DNA of 64,000 nucleotides from a virus. Its lineage: Duplodnaviria > Caudoviricetes. The notes beneath the pieces were generated by a model, which saw nothing but the letters and a program-made list of their open reading frames with translations, searched no databases and was not told where the DNA came from. Made by a program: the position numbers and the translations under genes. The stretch is from positions 518-64,517 of the IMG/VR virus record IMGVR_UViG_3300042402_002715; one strand, 5' to 3'. This document shows positions 10,939 to 19,977 of the stretch, piece after piece; within the stretch, counting starts at the first letter, position 1; each line of letters begins with the position of its first letter.

Positions 10939-11176
10939 CGAAAACTATTACTTGGATTTAGATGAATTAGAGAATTATACTCAATTTACTGGTAGTTCAG
11001 GAGAAACAAACATTCATCTTGTTAAATACGAAACCGTAAAAACAATGATTGATGTTGTATTAAGTGAGGAAAATGAGGTTGATGAAAATTTAGGTATGAA
11101 AACCAATGAAGTATCAATCCCTTTTAAAATCGCATTTAACACTTTATTAATGAAAAAAATAATAAACAAAATATAA
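10922..11176 (+). CDS. Hypothetical protein
   Basis: 84-aa ORF translationally coupled within the operon. Confidence 0.7.
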   Translation: MFQIFNENYYLDLDELENYTQFTGSSGETNIHLVKYETVKTMIDVVLSEENEVDENLGMKTNEVSIPFKIAFNTLLMKKIINKI

Positions 11177-11181
11177 AAAAT

Positions 11182-12243
11182 ATGAATCAAGAACAAATAT
11201 CAAAACTAGAAAGTTCTATTGAGAACATGAAAAATAAAACCATGAGGATTTATTTTTTAGTTCAAGATACGAAAGGTAATGCAAAAGCTTCTGTAAGATA
11301 CATCTATCAGATGGCAATGTCTTTAAAAAAATCTGGATACAACGCAATTATTTTACATGAAAAACCAGACTATTATGGTGTAACTAATTGGTTGGGTAAT
11401 AACTATATGGAAGAGTTAGAACATAGATCAATTGAAGGTGCAAACCTAGAAGTCTCACCAGAAGATTTAATAGTTATACCGGAACTATATGGTTTCATTA
11501 TGGATCAAATTAAAAAATTACCGTGTGGTAAAGTAGTGTTATGTCAATCTTATGACTATATCTTTGATACTCTACAACCAGGAGATTCTTGGGCTCAGTT
11601 TGGTTTTATAAAATGTATAACAACATCTGAAAAACAAAAAGAGTGGATTATCAACACAATGAGAAATGTTTCTGTTGATGTTATTGAACCTTTTATTTCT
11701 GAAAATTTTAAAAAACAAGAGTTTCCACCAAAAACTATTATTAACATTCACACAAGAGAACATAGAGATACAACAAACACAATTAAAGCGTTTTATTCTA
11801 GATTCCCACAATACAGATGGTTTACGTTTAGAGATTTAAGAGGATTATCTGAAGAAGAATTTGCTGAAAGAATGAAAGATAGTTTTGCATCTGTTTGGGT
11901 TGATAATATTTCCGCTTACGGAACATTCCCTTTAGAGTCTATTAAATCAGGTATTCCGGTTATTGGTGTTGTACCTAATATGGTGCCAGAGTGGATGAAT
12001 GAAAATAATGGTATTTGGATTAACAATCAAAATATTCTAGTTGATGTTATTGCAGATTTTGTACAAAACTGGTTAGAAGATAATATCAGTCCAGAACTTT
12101 ACTCAGAAATAGATAAGACTTCAGAATCATTAAAAACTAGTGAGGACTTTGAAAAATCAGTAAATGAAATTTTTGATAATATGGTAACAAAAAGATTAAC
12201 ATCCTTTACGGAACAACTAAATAAACTTGAAACAATTGAATAA
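11182..12243 (+). CDS. GT-B fold glycosyltransferase-like protein
   Basis: DLIVIPE, CQSYDY, YGTFPLES..SGIPVIG (GT4-like). Confidence 0.6.
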   Translation: MNQEQISKLESSIENMKNKTMRIYFLVQDTKGNAKASVRYIYQMAMSLKKSGYNAIILHEKPDYYGVTNWLGNNYMEELEHRSIEGANLEVSPEDLIVIPELYGFIMDQIKKLPCGKVVLCQSYDYIFDTLQPGDSWAQFGFIKCITTSEKQKEWIINTMRNVSVDVIEPFISENFKKQEFPPKTIINIHTREHRDTTNTIKAFYSRFPQYRWFTFRDLRGLSEEEFAERMKDSFASVWVDNISAYGTFPLESIKSGIPVIGVVPNMVPEWMNENNGIWINNQNILVDVIADFVQNWLEDNISPELYSEIDKTSESLKTSEDFEKSVNEIFDNMVTKRLTSFTEQLNKLETIE

Positions 12244-12244
12244 A

Positions 12245-13045
12245 ATGGAAAATAAAATATCAGTAGTACTACCAATTAAAAGTGGTAAATATGGTTTGTT
12301 TGATGAGTATTTCACAAAAGCAATCCAATCAATTAAAAATCAATCATCTTACGTTGAGGAGGTAATCCTTGTTCATACAGATGAAACAATATTAGATAAC
12401 TTTCTAGGTGGGTTTGACTTTAGTGGTCTAACAGTAAACAAAGTTTTGTGGACTGAAGAACCTAACTTTGCAAAACAAGTAAACAAGGGTGTAAGTGAAG
12501 CTAAGAGTGAATGGGTTTCTTTATTAGAGTTTGATGACGAATATTCAAACATTTGGTTTAAAAATGTTGATAAATATATCAAACATTATCCAGAAGTGGA
12601 ATCATTTTTACCTATCGTTGTTGATGTTGATGAAAAAGGAATTTTTGCTGGGTTTACTAATGAGGCAACTTTTGCTGCTAACTTTACTAGTGATCTTGGT
12701 GTATTGTCTAATGACATTTTACAAACATACCAAAACTTTCAAATTTCTGGAATTGTTATTAAAAAAGATGTTTTTCTAAAAAATGGTGGTTTTAAATCAA
12801 ATATCAAATTAACTTTTGGTTATGAGTTCTTTTTGAGAATGACAAACCAATCAGTAAAGTTTTTAACAATTCCAAGGATCGGATACAAACATATTAACAT
12901 GAGAGAAGGCTCAATTTTTTGGAATTATAAAAATGGTAATGATAGATTAAGTGAAGACGAAGTTAAATTTTGGATTGAATCGGCAAAAAAAGAATATTTA
13001 TTTACCGCTGAAAGAGAAATAAAATATGAGCCACAAGAAGTTTAA
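12245..13045 (+). CDS. Glycosyltransferase family 2
   Basis: ISVVLP, QVNKG, LEFDDEY; ATG at 12245 after the upstream stop. Confidence 0.75.
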   Translation: MENKISVVLPIKSGKYGLFDEYFTKAIQSIKNQSSYVEEVILVHTDETILDNFLGGFDFSGLTVNKVLWTEEPNFAKQVNKGVSEAKSEWVSLLEFDDEYSNIWFKNVDKYIKHYPEVESFLPIVVDVDEKGIFAGFTNEATFAANFTSDLGVLSNDILQTYQNFQISGIVIKKDVFLKNGGFKSNIKLTFGYEFFLRMTNQSVKFLTIPRIGYKHINMREGSIFWNYKNGNDRLSEDEVKFWIESAKKEYLFTAEREIKYEPQEV

Positions 13046-13794
13046 TGGTTGAAAATGAAAATTTAAACACTGAACTTAACGAAAAGAAAAAGAAAGGAAG
13101 AAAACCAACTGTAAAAAAATATTTTGATGAGCCAGAAGAAAATGCCGTAAGATTGTATTTGGGAACTGATTCTAAAGAAGATAAAAATAAAATTTACAAT
13201 GAGTTTTTAAGACATCCTTTAGATAAAATGATTTCGTCAATAATAAGACGATACAAGTTATATAGAAAAGATATGGACTTTGAAGAGGTCCATATGGATA
13301 CACATTCGTTTTTAATGACAAAGATGGATAAGTTTAAACCATCTAAGGAAAAAAAAGCGTATTCATATTTTGGTACAATATGTAAAAATTATTTAATGGG
13401 TCAAATACAAAAAGACCAGAAAGAGACAAATAGAAAAATTTCTTATGAAGATATTTCAAGTGACATAGATAATATGCCAAACATGGTATATTACATTGAT
13501 GGTGACGAAATAACAACAGAACAAATAATAAGTAAGTTTCTTGACGAATTAAAAATTTCTATGGATGAAAAAGGTGTTACAGAACAAGAAGTAAAATTAG
13601 GTGAGGCGTTACACGACATATTTCAAAATTACTCAACAATTTTTCAAGAAACTTCAAATAATAATAAGTTCAATAAAAACATAATATTATTTGAATTAAG
13701 AGAAATGACAAACTTATCAACAAAAGAAATTAGGAACTCATTAAAAAGATATAAAAAAATATATTTTAAAATTGTTAGCGAATTAACAAAATAA
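13045..13794 (+). CDS. Late transcription sigma factor (T4 gp55-like)
   Basis: KFKPSKEKKAYSYFGTICKNYL resembles gp55 region 2; sits just before the structural genes. Confidence 0.65.
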   Translation: MVENENLNTELNEKKKKGRKPTVKKYFDEPEENAVRLYLGTDSKEDKNKIYNEFLRHPLDKMISSIIRRYKLYRKDMDFEEVHMDTHSFLMTKMDKFKPSKEKKAYSYFGTICKNYLMGQIQKDQKETNRKISYEDISSDIDNMPNMVYYIDGDEITTEQIISKFLDELKISMDEKGVTEQEVKLGEALHDIFQNYSTIFQETSNNNKFNKNIILFELREMTNLSTKEIRNSLKRYKKIYFKIVSELTK

Positions 13795-13808
13795 ATATTT
13801 ATTAAATT

Positions 13809-14180
13809 ATGCCAAGACCACAAAAAAAAGAAATTAACCTAACTAAGGAATCAATGTTGTCATTGATGCAAGAAATCTATAATGAACTTGTTGAACAAAG
13901 GAATACCGCAATTAGAATTCAAAACAAAATGTTAAATCTAATGAAGGAAGTTGAGGATATGACTTTAATTGGTCCTATAATTGAAAAACAACAAAAAATT
14001 GTTAACGATTGTGTTGAGAAAAAACTATCCCTTTCAAAATTACAAGCACAAATCTGGCAAAAAACTCAAGATAAACAAGAAAATTTTACTCTTACTGATT
14101 TAGATTTTGATGATGCGATTATGAAATCACTCATAGATAAAGATACTTCTTCAGACGGTGGATATAAAATGAATAAATAA
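13809..14180 (+). CDS. Hypothetical coiled-coil protein
   Basis: 123-aa ORF; ATATTTAT late-type motif at 13795-13802. Confidence 0.7.
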   Translation: MPRPQKKEINLTKESMLSLMQEIYNELVEQRNTAIRIQNKMLNLMKEVEDMTLIGPIIEKQQKIVNDCVEKKLSLSKLQAQIWQKTQDKQENFTLTDLDFDDAIMKSLIDKDTSSDGGYKMNK

Positions 14181-14186
14181 TTTATT

Positions 14187-16106
14187 ATGGCTGTTTTAGA
14201 TGTAAATGATGGGTTTAAGTCTGTTGGGGATAAAATCTCAACAACAAAGAAATATAAAAAAATAAAAGAAGATTTTGATGTTTTAAAAAAAAAGAAAGGT
14301 GATACTTTTGAAAAAAAAAGTTCTGATTTAAAAAAACAACTTTCTGAAGCCAACAAACAACAAAAAAAATTTTTAAAAGAACAGAAATCTCAAATTGATA
14401 ATTTATTAGATTTAAAATTTCTATCAACTGGATCTGGTTCTAGTACAAAAAAATATTTGAAAAAAACTTTTGTTAAGTCAATTGAGGAACTAAAACCAAA
14501 AATTTTAGATTTGTTAATCCAAGAATTTATTTCAGCTATTGGATGTTCTCAAGATCAGGAATTTACAAATCAAACTTTATACATTAGGGTAAAACCTCTT
14601 GATTTACAAAATATACTAAAAGAAGATCCACAAGGTGATGTTGGTAAATTATTATACGAACAAACTGATGTTCAGTATGGTAATTTTCCATTTTCAATGA
14701 ATAGGGAATTATATAGTAGAATACAAAATATTAATCAACCATTTTCAGTTCCAGCCGGTGGTTCACCATACAAAGGTAAATCAAATCAAGATTTATTTGA
14801 CATAACGTATGTTGAAAGTTACTTTGATCCAATATCATCTCAGACAATACAGGGTAATTTTTATAAAATTGATTTAAAGAACAGAGTAAACGGTGTAAAT
14901 AAAATTACTGAATTTATTAAAGATTACTTTGCAAGTATATCAATAGTAGATTTAAAAAATTTATTTTCAAACTTAATGAATCAATTAAGTGGTGCTATAT
15001 CAATTAAAAAAGGTGAAGGAAAGTTAGACCTTGGTGATTTACAAAAAATACTTTTAATCTTACAAAGAGTTTTAGGTTTATGTGTTGATAAGACAGAAGA
15101 AATTGATGTTTCAGGAACTGCAAAAGTTTCAGATAGTGATGCTTTGGATGATTCTTTCTTTGAGTTTACTGAAGTTGATTTAAGAATTATTGATCAAAAA
15201 ATATCCGACATTAAACTTGGTGTTGTTGAGTTTGAGGAGTGTGACACTGTTAAGTTACCTGTAAATACTGATGATATTATATCAGCACTTAATAATCTTA
15301 ATTTTATTGATAATAGTAATAACAATAATAATATAGACGATGCTGCCGATTTAACAGATGTTTTAACAAATAATCCGGGTTGGTTCCCATTACAAATTAA
15401 CATAGATTTAAGTTTTCTTAAAGAGTTTCCTAAAGCATTAATTTTAACATTATTATCACCAAAAGTTTTATTACCATTATATATAATGTTAAAAGCTGTT
15501 GGTGACAATGTAGATCTTTTAATAAATTCATTTATGGATTTTGCAAAAAAATTTAAATCATTAATTTTTAAACTAACTTCAAAAATCGGTTCTTTGTTTA
15601 CAAAAATTTTATTTGAAATAATTAAAAAAGATATTAAAAATCTTATAAGATCTGTAATTGGTGATATAAAAAATGAAAAAATAAGGAATAGACTAGAAGC
15701 AATCCGAGCACTAACCGAAGTTCTTGTGACACTTGCAAGAGTTATAAAAGATTTTAGGGAATGTAAAAGTGTTATTGATGAACTTTTAGCTTTACTAAAA
15801 ATTGCCGGAAGAGGTTTTGGAAATAAAATTCCTTACCCATTACTTTTAGCTTCCGAATTTTTAGATGGGTATTCTTCAAGTCGGGCTTTTTTGAACGTTA
15901 TAGAAGAGTTTGAAAAATTGGGATTACCTACGGGTCCTATGCCAGATGGTAGTCCAAATTTAATGTTAATTTCACTTAAAGCATTATTAGATGGTCAAGA
16001 AAAAGAAGATAGACAAAATGGTGGGTTACAGGTTGCAGTTAAACCTATGGCGGTATCACCAATAAACTTAACACAAGGTCTTACCATATACGGTACGAAA
16101 ACTTAA
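14187..16106 (+). CDS. Hypothetical, probable virion/baseplate-region protein
   Basis: 639-aa ORF in the late operon, adjacent to a gp5-like gene. Confidence 0.55.
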   Translation: MAVLDVNDGFKSVGDKISTTKKYKKIKEDFDVLKKKKGDTFEKKSSDLKKQLSEANKQQKKFLKEQKSQIDNLLDLKFLSTGSGSSTKKYLKKTFVKSIEELKPKILDLLIQEFISAIGCSQDQEFTNQTLYIRVKPLDLQNILKEDPQGDVGKLLYEQTDVQYGNFPFSMNRELYSRIQNINQPFSVPAGGSPYKGKSNQDLFDITYVESYFDPISSQTIQGNFYKIDLKNRVNGVNKITEFIKDYFASISIVDLKNLFSNLMNQLSGAISIKKGEGKLDLGDLQKILLILQRVLGLCVDKTEEIDVSGTAKVSDSDALDDSFFEFTEVDLRIIDQKISDIKLGVVEFEECDTVKLPVNTDDIISALNNLNFIDNSNNNNNIDDAADLTDVLTNNPGWFPLQINIDLSFLKEFPKALILTLLSPKVLLPLYIMLKAVGDNVDLLINSFMDFAKKFKSLIFKLTSKIGSLFTKILFEIIKKDIKNLIRSVIGDIKNEKIRNRLEAIRALTEVLVTLARVIKDFRECKSVIDELLALLKIAGRGFGNKIPYPLLLASEFLDGYSSSRAFLNVIEEFEKLGLPTGPMPDGSPNLMLISLKALLDGQEKEDRQNGGLQVAVKPMAVSPINLTQGLTIYGTKT

Positions 16107-16108
16107 TT

Positions 16109-16318
16109 ATGGACAAAGTAGAATCATCAAAAATTGTAGAAATAATTAAAGAACATAAAACAAGACCTAATAAGGATCTTATTTTAGCTTTAGAATTTAT
16201 AAAAAAAGATTATGAATTAACTAAAGAAAACTTAATAAAATTAAGTGAACATTTAGATAAATTAGAATTAAGTTACAACACAATATTAAAAGAATATGAG
16301 TCGAGAGGTATGGTATAA
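16109..16318 (+). CDS. Hypothetical small coiled-coil protein
   Basis: 69-aa ORF packed between neighbours. Confidence 0.6.
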   Translation: MDKVESSKIVEIIKEHKTRPNKDLILALEFIKKDYELTKENLIKLSEHLDKLELSYNTILKEYESRGMV

Positions 16319-17855
16319 CGATAAAACAATTTTCCAAGGATATGTAAAAGACAATCAAGATCCTATGATGCTTGGTAGAGTTAGAGCTGTTCCTTTATTT
16401 GAGAGGTATCAGGACTCTTTACCGGAAGATTGGCAAGAAGAAAGAGATAAATGGACATCAAAAGACCCATTTATCTTTTTACCACTTTTACCTTATTATA
16501 TAAATCAAGTTCCAAAAAATAATGAATATGTGAACATATTTTATTATAATAAGGGCGAAAGATTAGATAATAGTAAATTTTATATCCAAGGACCAATTAC
16601 AAGACCACAAAACAATTTTAAAGAAGAATATACCAATTCACAATCAATGCTCGCTAGTGGTGAGTTTTTTAAACCGGCAAATTCTTTAAAAGATAGAACA
16701 ACTGGACTAACAGACCCAAAAGTTTTTGGTATATATGCTGAACCTGGTGATAATGCAATTATGGGTAGGGGAACTTCAGACATTGTGGTTAAAGAAAATG
16801 ATGTATTAATTAGGTCTGGAAAACTAAATCCTTTGTTATCATCAAGTGCTGATTTTAATTTACCGGTACCAAATGATAAAAGATCTTTTTTACAAATATC
16901 AACGTTTGGTTTAGAAAAGGTTGATAACCCAACACAAACAGTTACGTCATCAGAAATAATACCAAAAGAAGTAAAAAATCTTGTTGAGTGGGAAATAACA
17001 AACCCATCAACGACTGGAACAACATATGACGGTAATGTGAAATTATATAGTATTAAAAAAACGCCAGAAACATTAAGTAATAAAATATTTTTAGATACAG
17101 ATTTAACACAATTTATTAATACTAAATTATTTGAATTATCTTTTACTGGATTAACAAAAGATGATTCTATTAACTTTATTAACCAATTTATACAAGGTGT
17201 TAATAACGGAAAAATTAATATAAATGGATATATGTCATATCCATCACAAAATGGGTCAAACTTAGAAGATCAATTTCCTTTTATTTTTAGACCAACAAAA
17301 AACACAACAAACACATATCTAGGTGCAACAATAGATAGTGGTGTAAGTGGGTTAACTTCTTTTAATACAGTTGTTGATTTTTTCTCAAAAATAAAGTTAT
17401 CACCAGCAAATAAAGAATTTGGATTTGGTCTTGTTTGGGATAAAAATGTTTTAGGACAACAAGAAACTTTAAAGACATCAACAATTGAAAGTTCAAGTTA
17501 TAAGTCAAATCCAGTTACGTATGGTGCTTTGGGTGGTGATTTTCTTTATCTATTATCTCATAAATCTGTGATACCAACAAAGGGGGATCCAATTGATTTA
17601 AAAGGGACTCTATATGGTATACCACAACCAAAATTTACAGATGAAATAATAAATAAGACAGACCCAATGGTAAGAGGTGATCAATTAATGGATTTAATAA
17701 ATTTAATTGTTAAGTTTCTTGTTTCCCATGTTCACGCATTTCCAGGACTTGCACCTGTCCCAGTAGGAACTGACGGAACCTCATCTCAAGACATCATACA
17801 AAAATTATTAGACGCAGATAAAACAATATTAAATCAAAATATTCGGATTAATTGA
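16296..17855 (+). CDS. Baseplate hub/central spike protein (T4 gp5/VgrG-like N-terminal OB fold)
   Basis: GYVKDNQDPMMLGRVRA...VPK..EYV at the N-terminus; C-terminal HVH motif typical of spike tips. Confidence 0.65.
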   Translation: MSREVWYNDKTIFQGYVKDNQDPMMLGRVRAVPLFERYQDSLPEDWQEERDKWTSKDPFIFLPLLPYYINQVPKNNEYVNIFYYNKGERLDNSKFYIQGPITRPQNNFKEEYTNSQSMLASGEFFKPANSLKDRTTGLTDPKVFGIYAEPGDNAIMGRGTSDIVVKENDVLIRSGKLNPLLSSSADFNLPVPNDKRSFLQISTFGLEKVDNPTQTVTSSEIIPKEVKNLVEWEITNPSTTGTTYDGNVKLYSIKKTPETLSNKIFLDTDLTQFINTKLFELSFTGLTKDDSINFINQFIQGVNNGKININGYMSYPSQNGSNLEDQFPFIFRPTKNTTNTYLGATIDSGVSGLTSFNTVVDFFSKIKLSPANKEFGFGLVWDKNVLGQQETLKTSTIESSSYKSNPVTYGALGGDFLYLLSHKSVIPTKGDPIDLKGTLYGIPQPKFTDEIINKTDPMVRGDQLMDLINLIVKFLVSHVHAFPGLAPVPVGTDGTSSQDIIQKLLDADKTILNQNIRIN

Positions 17856-17875
17856 TATTTATTATAAAAAAGTAA

Positions 17876-19336
17876 ATGTCAATTAATAATTCATATTTTA
17901 GTAGGAACAATACCCTCATTTCAAATAGCTTTGTTAACACCGGAAGAAATCCTGTTATGGAATTATTTTATGGTGAAGGAAGTCTTGTTAACCCTATTGG
18001 TTATACAAGATTTATTTTTGATCTTGATTTAAAACTTCTTAAAGAAAAAGTCGCACAAGGAATTATATCTACTGGTTGTACAACAAGCATGAAACATACT
18101 TTACGAATGACTAACACAAGTTATTTTGATAAAGATTTCTTAAACAGTAAAACATCACAAGGTAGATTAAGGGCAACATCTTTTGACTTAATTCTTTTTA
18201 GAATACCATATGTAAACCTAGACCAAGATCAACCACAAAATTGGGACGAAGGTGTTGGTTATGATTACTACGATGTAATTACTGGAATACCAAATGATAA
18301 GAACTACTCTGATCGTCCATCAAACTGGTATCAAACAACAACCATTGGTGTTTGGGAACAACCAGGAATATACGATAATAACAATGGTGGTCTATTTCCA
18401 TATTCAGGTCTTACAATTGTTGCTACACAACATTTTGAATTTGGTGATGAGAACATTGAGTTTGATATGAGTAATGAAATCAATAATCTATTACAAGGTG
18501 GAATACCAAATTGTGTGGGTTGGGGAATTGCTTATGTTCCACAAGTTGAAAATTTAAGTGGGACAACAGGAACATATTCTGTTGGGTTCTTTACAAGACA
18601 CACTCAAACATTTTATGAACCATTTTTGGAAACCGTATATGATGATTTAATTGAAGATGATAGAAATTCATTTTCTTTAGGTAAAGCAAACAAGTTATAT
18701 TTATATATCTACGAAGATGGCGATTTTAAAAATTTAGACAGACCTCCATTAGTCACAATAAGTGATGCGGGTGGAGATCCAATTGCAGGCCTAATAAATT
18801 TAACAGCATGTACAAAAACTAAAGGTGTTTACGAAATTACAATACCACCACTTTTAGGTTATAAAACTCCTTGTACTTTTCAAGACACTTGGACAAATAT
18901 TGTAATGGATGGTTTTATATTACCTGATGTTTATAATGATTTTGTTTTATACCCAGTTCAAAAAAATATTCAAATAGGAACATCAACAAATGATCCAAAA
19001 GTTTATGGTTTTGACTTTTTTGGTATTAAACAAGATGAAAAAATATTAAACACAGATATAAGAAAAGTTGGTGTTATTATAAAACAAGCATATACAACAA
19101 ATAAAATGTTACCAAAAGTAGGAGCGTTTTATAGAATATATGTTAGAGAAGGAACAACTGAAGTTCAAGTACAAGACTGGTCAAAACTTAATAGAACACC
19201 AAACGAATATTATTTTATTTTTGATACCAGAGATAAAATACCAAATGAATATTATGTTGATTTAAAGGTAATTTCTTCTGGTGAAGTTAATACTTATAAA
19301 AAACAAATAAAATTCCAAATTGTAAATAAAAAATAA
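17876..19336 (+). CDS. Probable structural protein (beta-rich)
   Basis: 486 aa with RFIFDLD and WDEGVGYDY; ATATTTAT motif at 17855-17862. Confidence 0.5.
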   Translation: MSINNSYFSRNNTLISNSFVNTGRNPVMELFYGEGSLVNPIGYTRFIFDLDLKLLKEKVAQGIISTGCTTSMKHTLRMTNTSYFDKDFLNSKTSQGRLRATSFDLILFRIPYVNLDQDQPQNWDEGVGYDYYDVITGIPNDKNYSDRPSNWYQTTTIGVWEQPGIYDNNNGGLFPYSGLTIVATQHFEFGDENIEFDMSNEINNLLQGGIPNCVGWGIAYVPQVENLSGTTGTYSVGFFTRHTQTFYEPFLETVYDDLIEDDRNSFSLGKANKLYLYIYEDGDFKNLDRPPLVTISDAGGDPIAGLINLTACTKTKGVYEITIPPLLGYKTPCTFQDTWTNIVMDGFILPDVYNDFVLYPVQKNIQIGTSTNDPKVYGFDFFGIKQDEKILNTDIRKVGVIIKQAYTTNKMLPKVGAFYRIYVREGTTEVQVQDWSKLNRTPNEYYFIFDTRDKIPNEYYVDLKVISSGEVNTYKKQIKFQIVNKK

Positions 19337-19350
19337 AAAAAAAATAAAGA

Positions 19351-19968
19351 ATGGCAAATTACCTAATACAATCTTGTGATGGTCTAACAAGTTTAATTGT
19401 TGATACAAACGGAAACACTATAAATATTGGTTCAAAATATTTTTTTACATTTACAGGTGAAACGTTACCAATCTGTGGTGAGGTGATTAGTGAAGATTCT
19501 GGATCAATAAACGAGACATTAAATACCGTAACTTTATATTCTAACTGTTTAGAATGTTTAGAAAGTGAAGGATTTTCTGCGGAATTATCATCATGTAATG
19601 ATGAATTCATTTATCCCCAAATATTAAATGAATTTCCTAACTTACCTATAGTCGGTGAATATTACAGATTTTGCGATCCTTCTGGTGGTGGACTTTGTTT
19701 TTGTTTTGAATTTGTAGGTTTTACATATGAGCCAGGAATACCGGCACTTTATAATGGTGGACCCTTTTTAGATTGTGATTGTCAAGAACAACCAAGAAAT
19801 TCAGGAACTGAAAGTTTAATTTGTGAAATTTGTTGTGATTGCGGAGCAACAGGATCAACAGTAAATCAAATAACACCACCTCATCCAGTATGGACTGATG
19901 GATATGGAACTCAGGTTACACAATTAAACATGATTACATTAGGTGGGCCTAATGGGTTGAATAATTAA
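19351..19968 (+). CDS. Cys-rich repeat protein, probable virion fibre/decoration
   Basis: CxxC repeats; C-terminal PPHPVWTDGYGT..TQLNMITLGG.NGLNN shared with the next gene. Confidence 0.55.
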   Translation: MANYLIQSCDGLTSLIVDTNGNTINIGSKYFFTFTGETLPICGEVISEDSGSINETLNTVTLYSNCLECLESEGFSAELSSCNDEFIYPQILNEFPNLPIVGEYYRFCDPSGGGLCFCFEFVGFTYEPGIPALYNGGPFLDCDCQEQPRNSGTESLICEICCDCGATGSTVNQITPPHPVWTDGYGTQVTQLNMITLGGPNGLNN

Positions 19969-19977
19969 GTACTAAAT

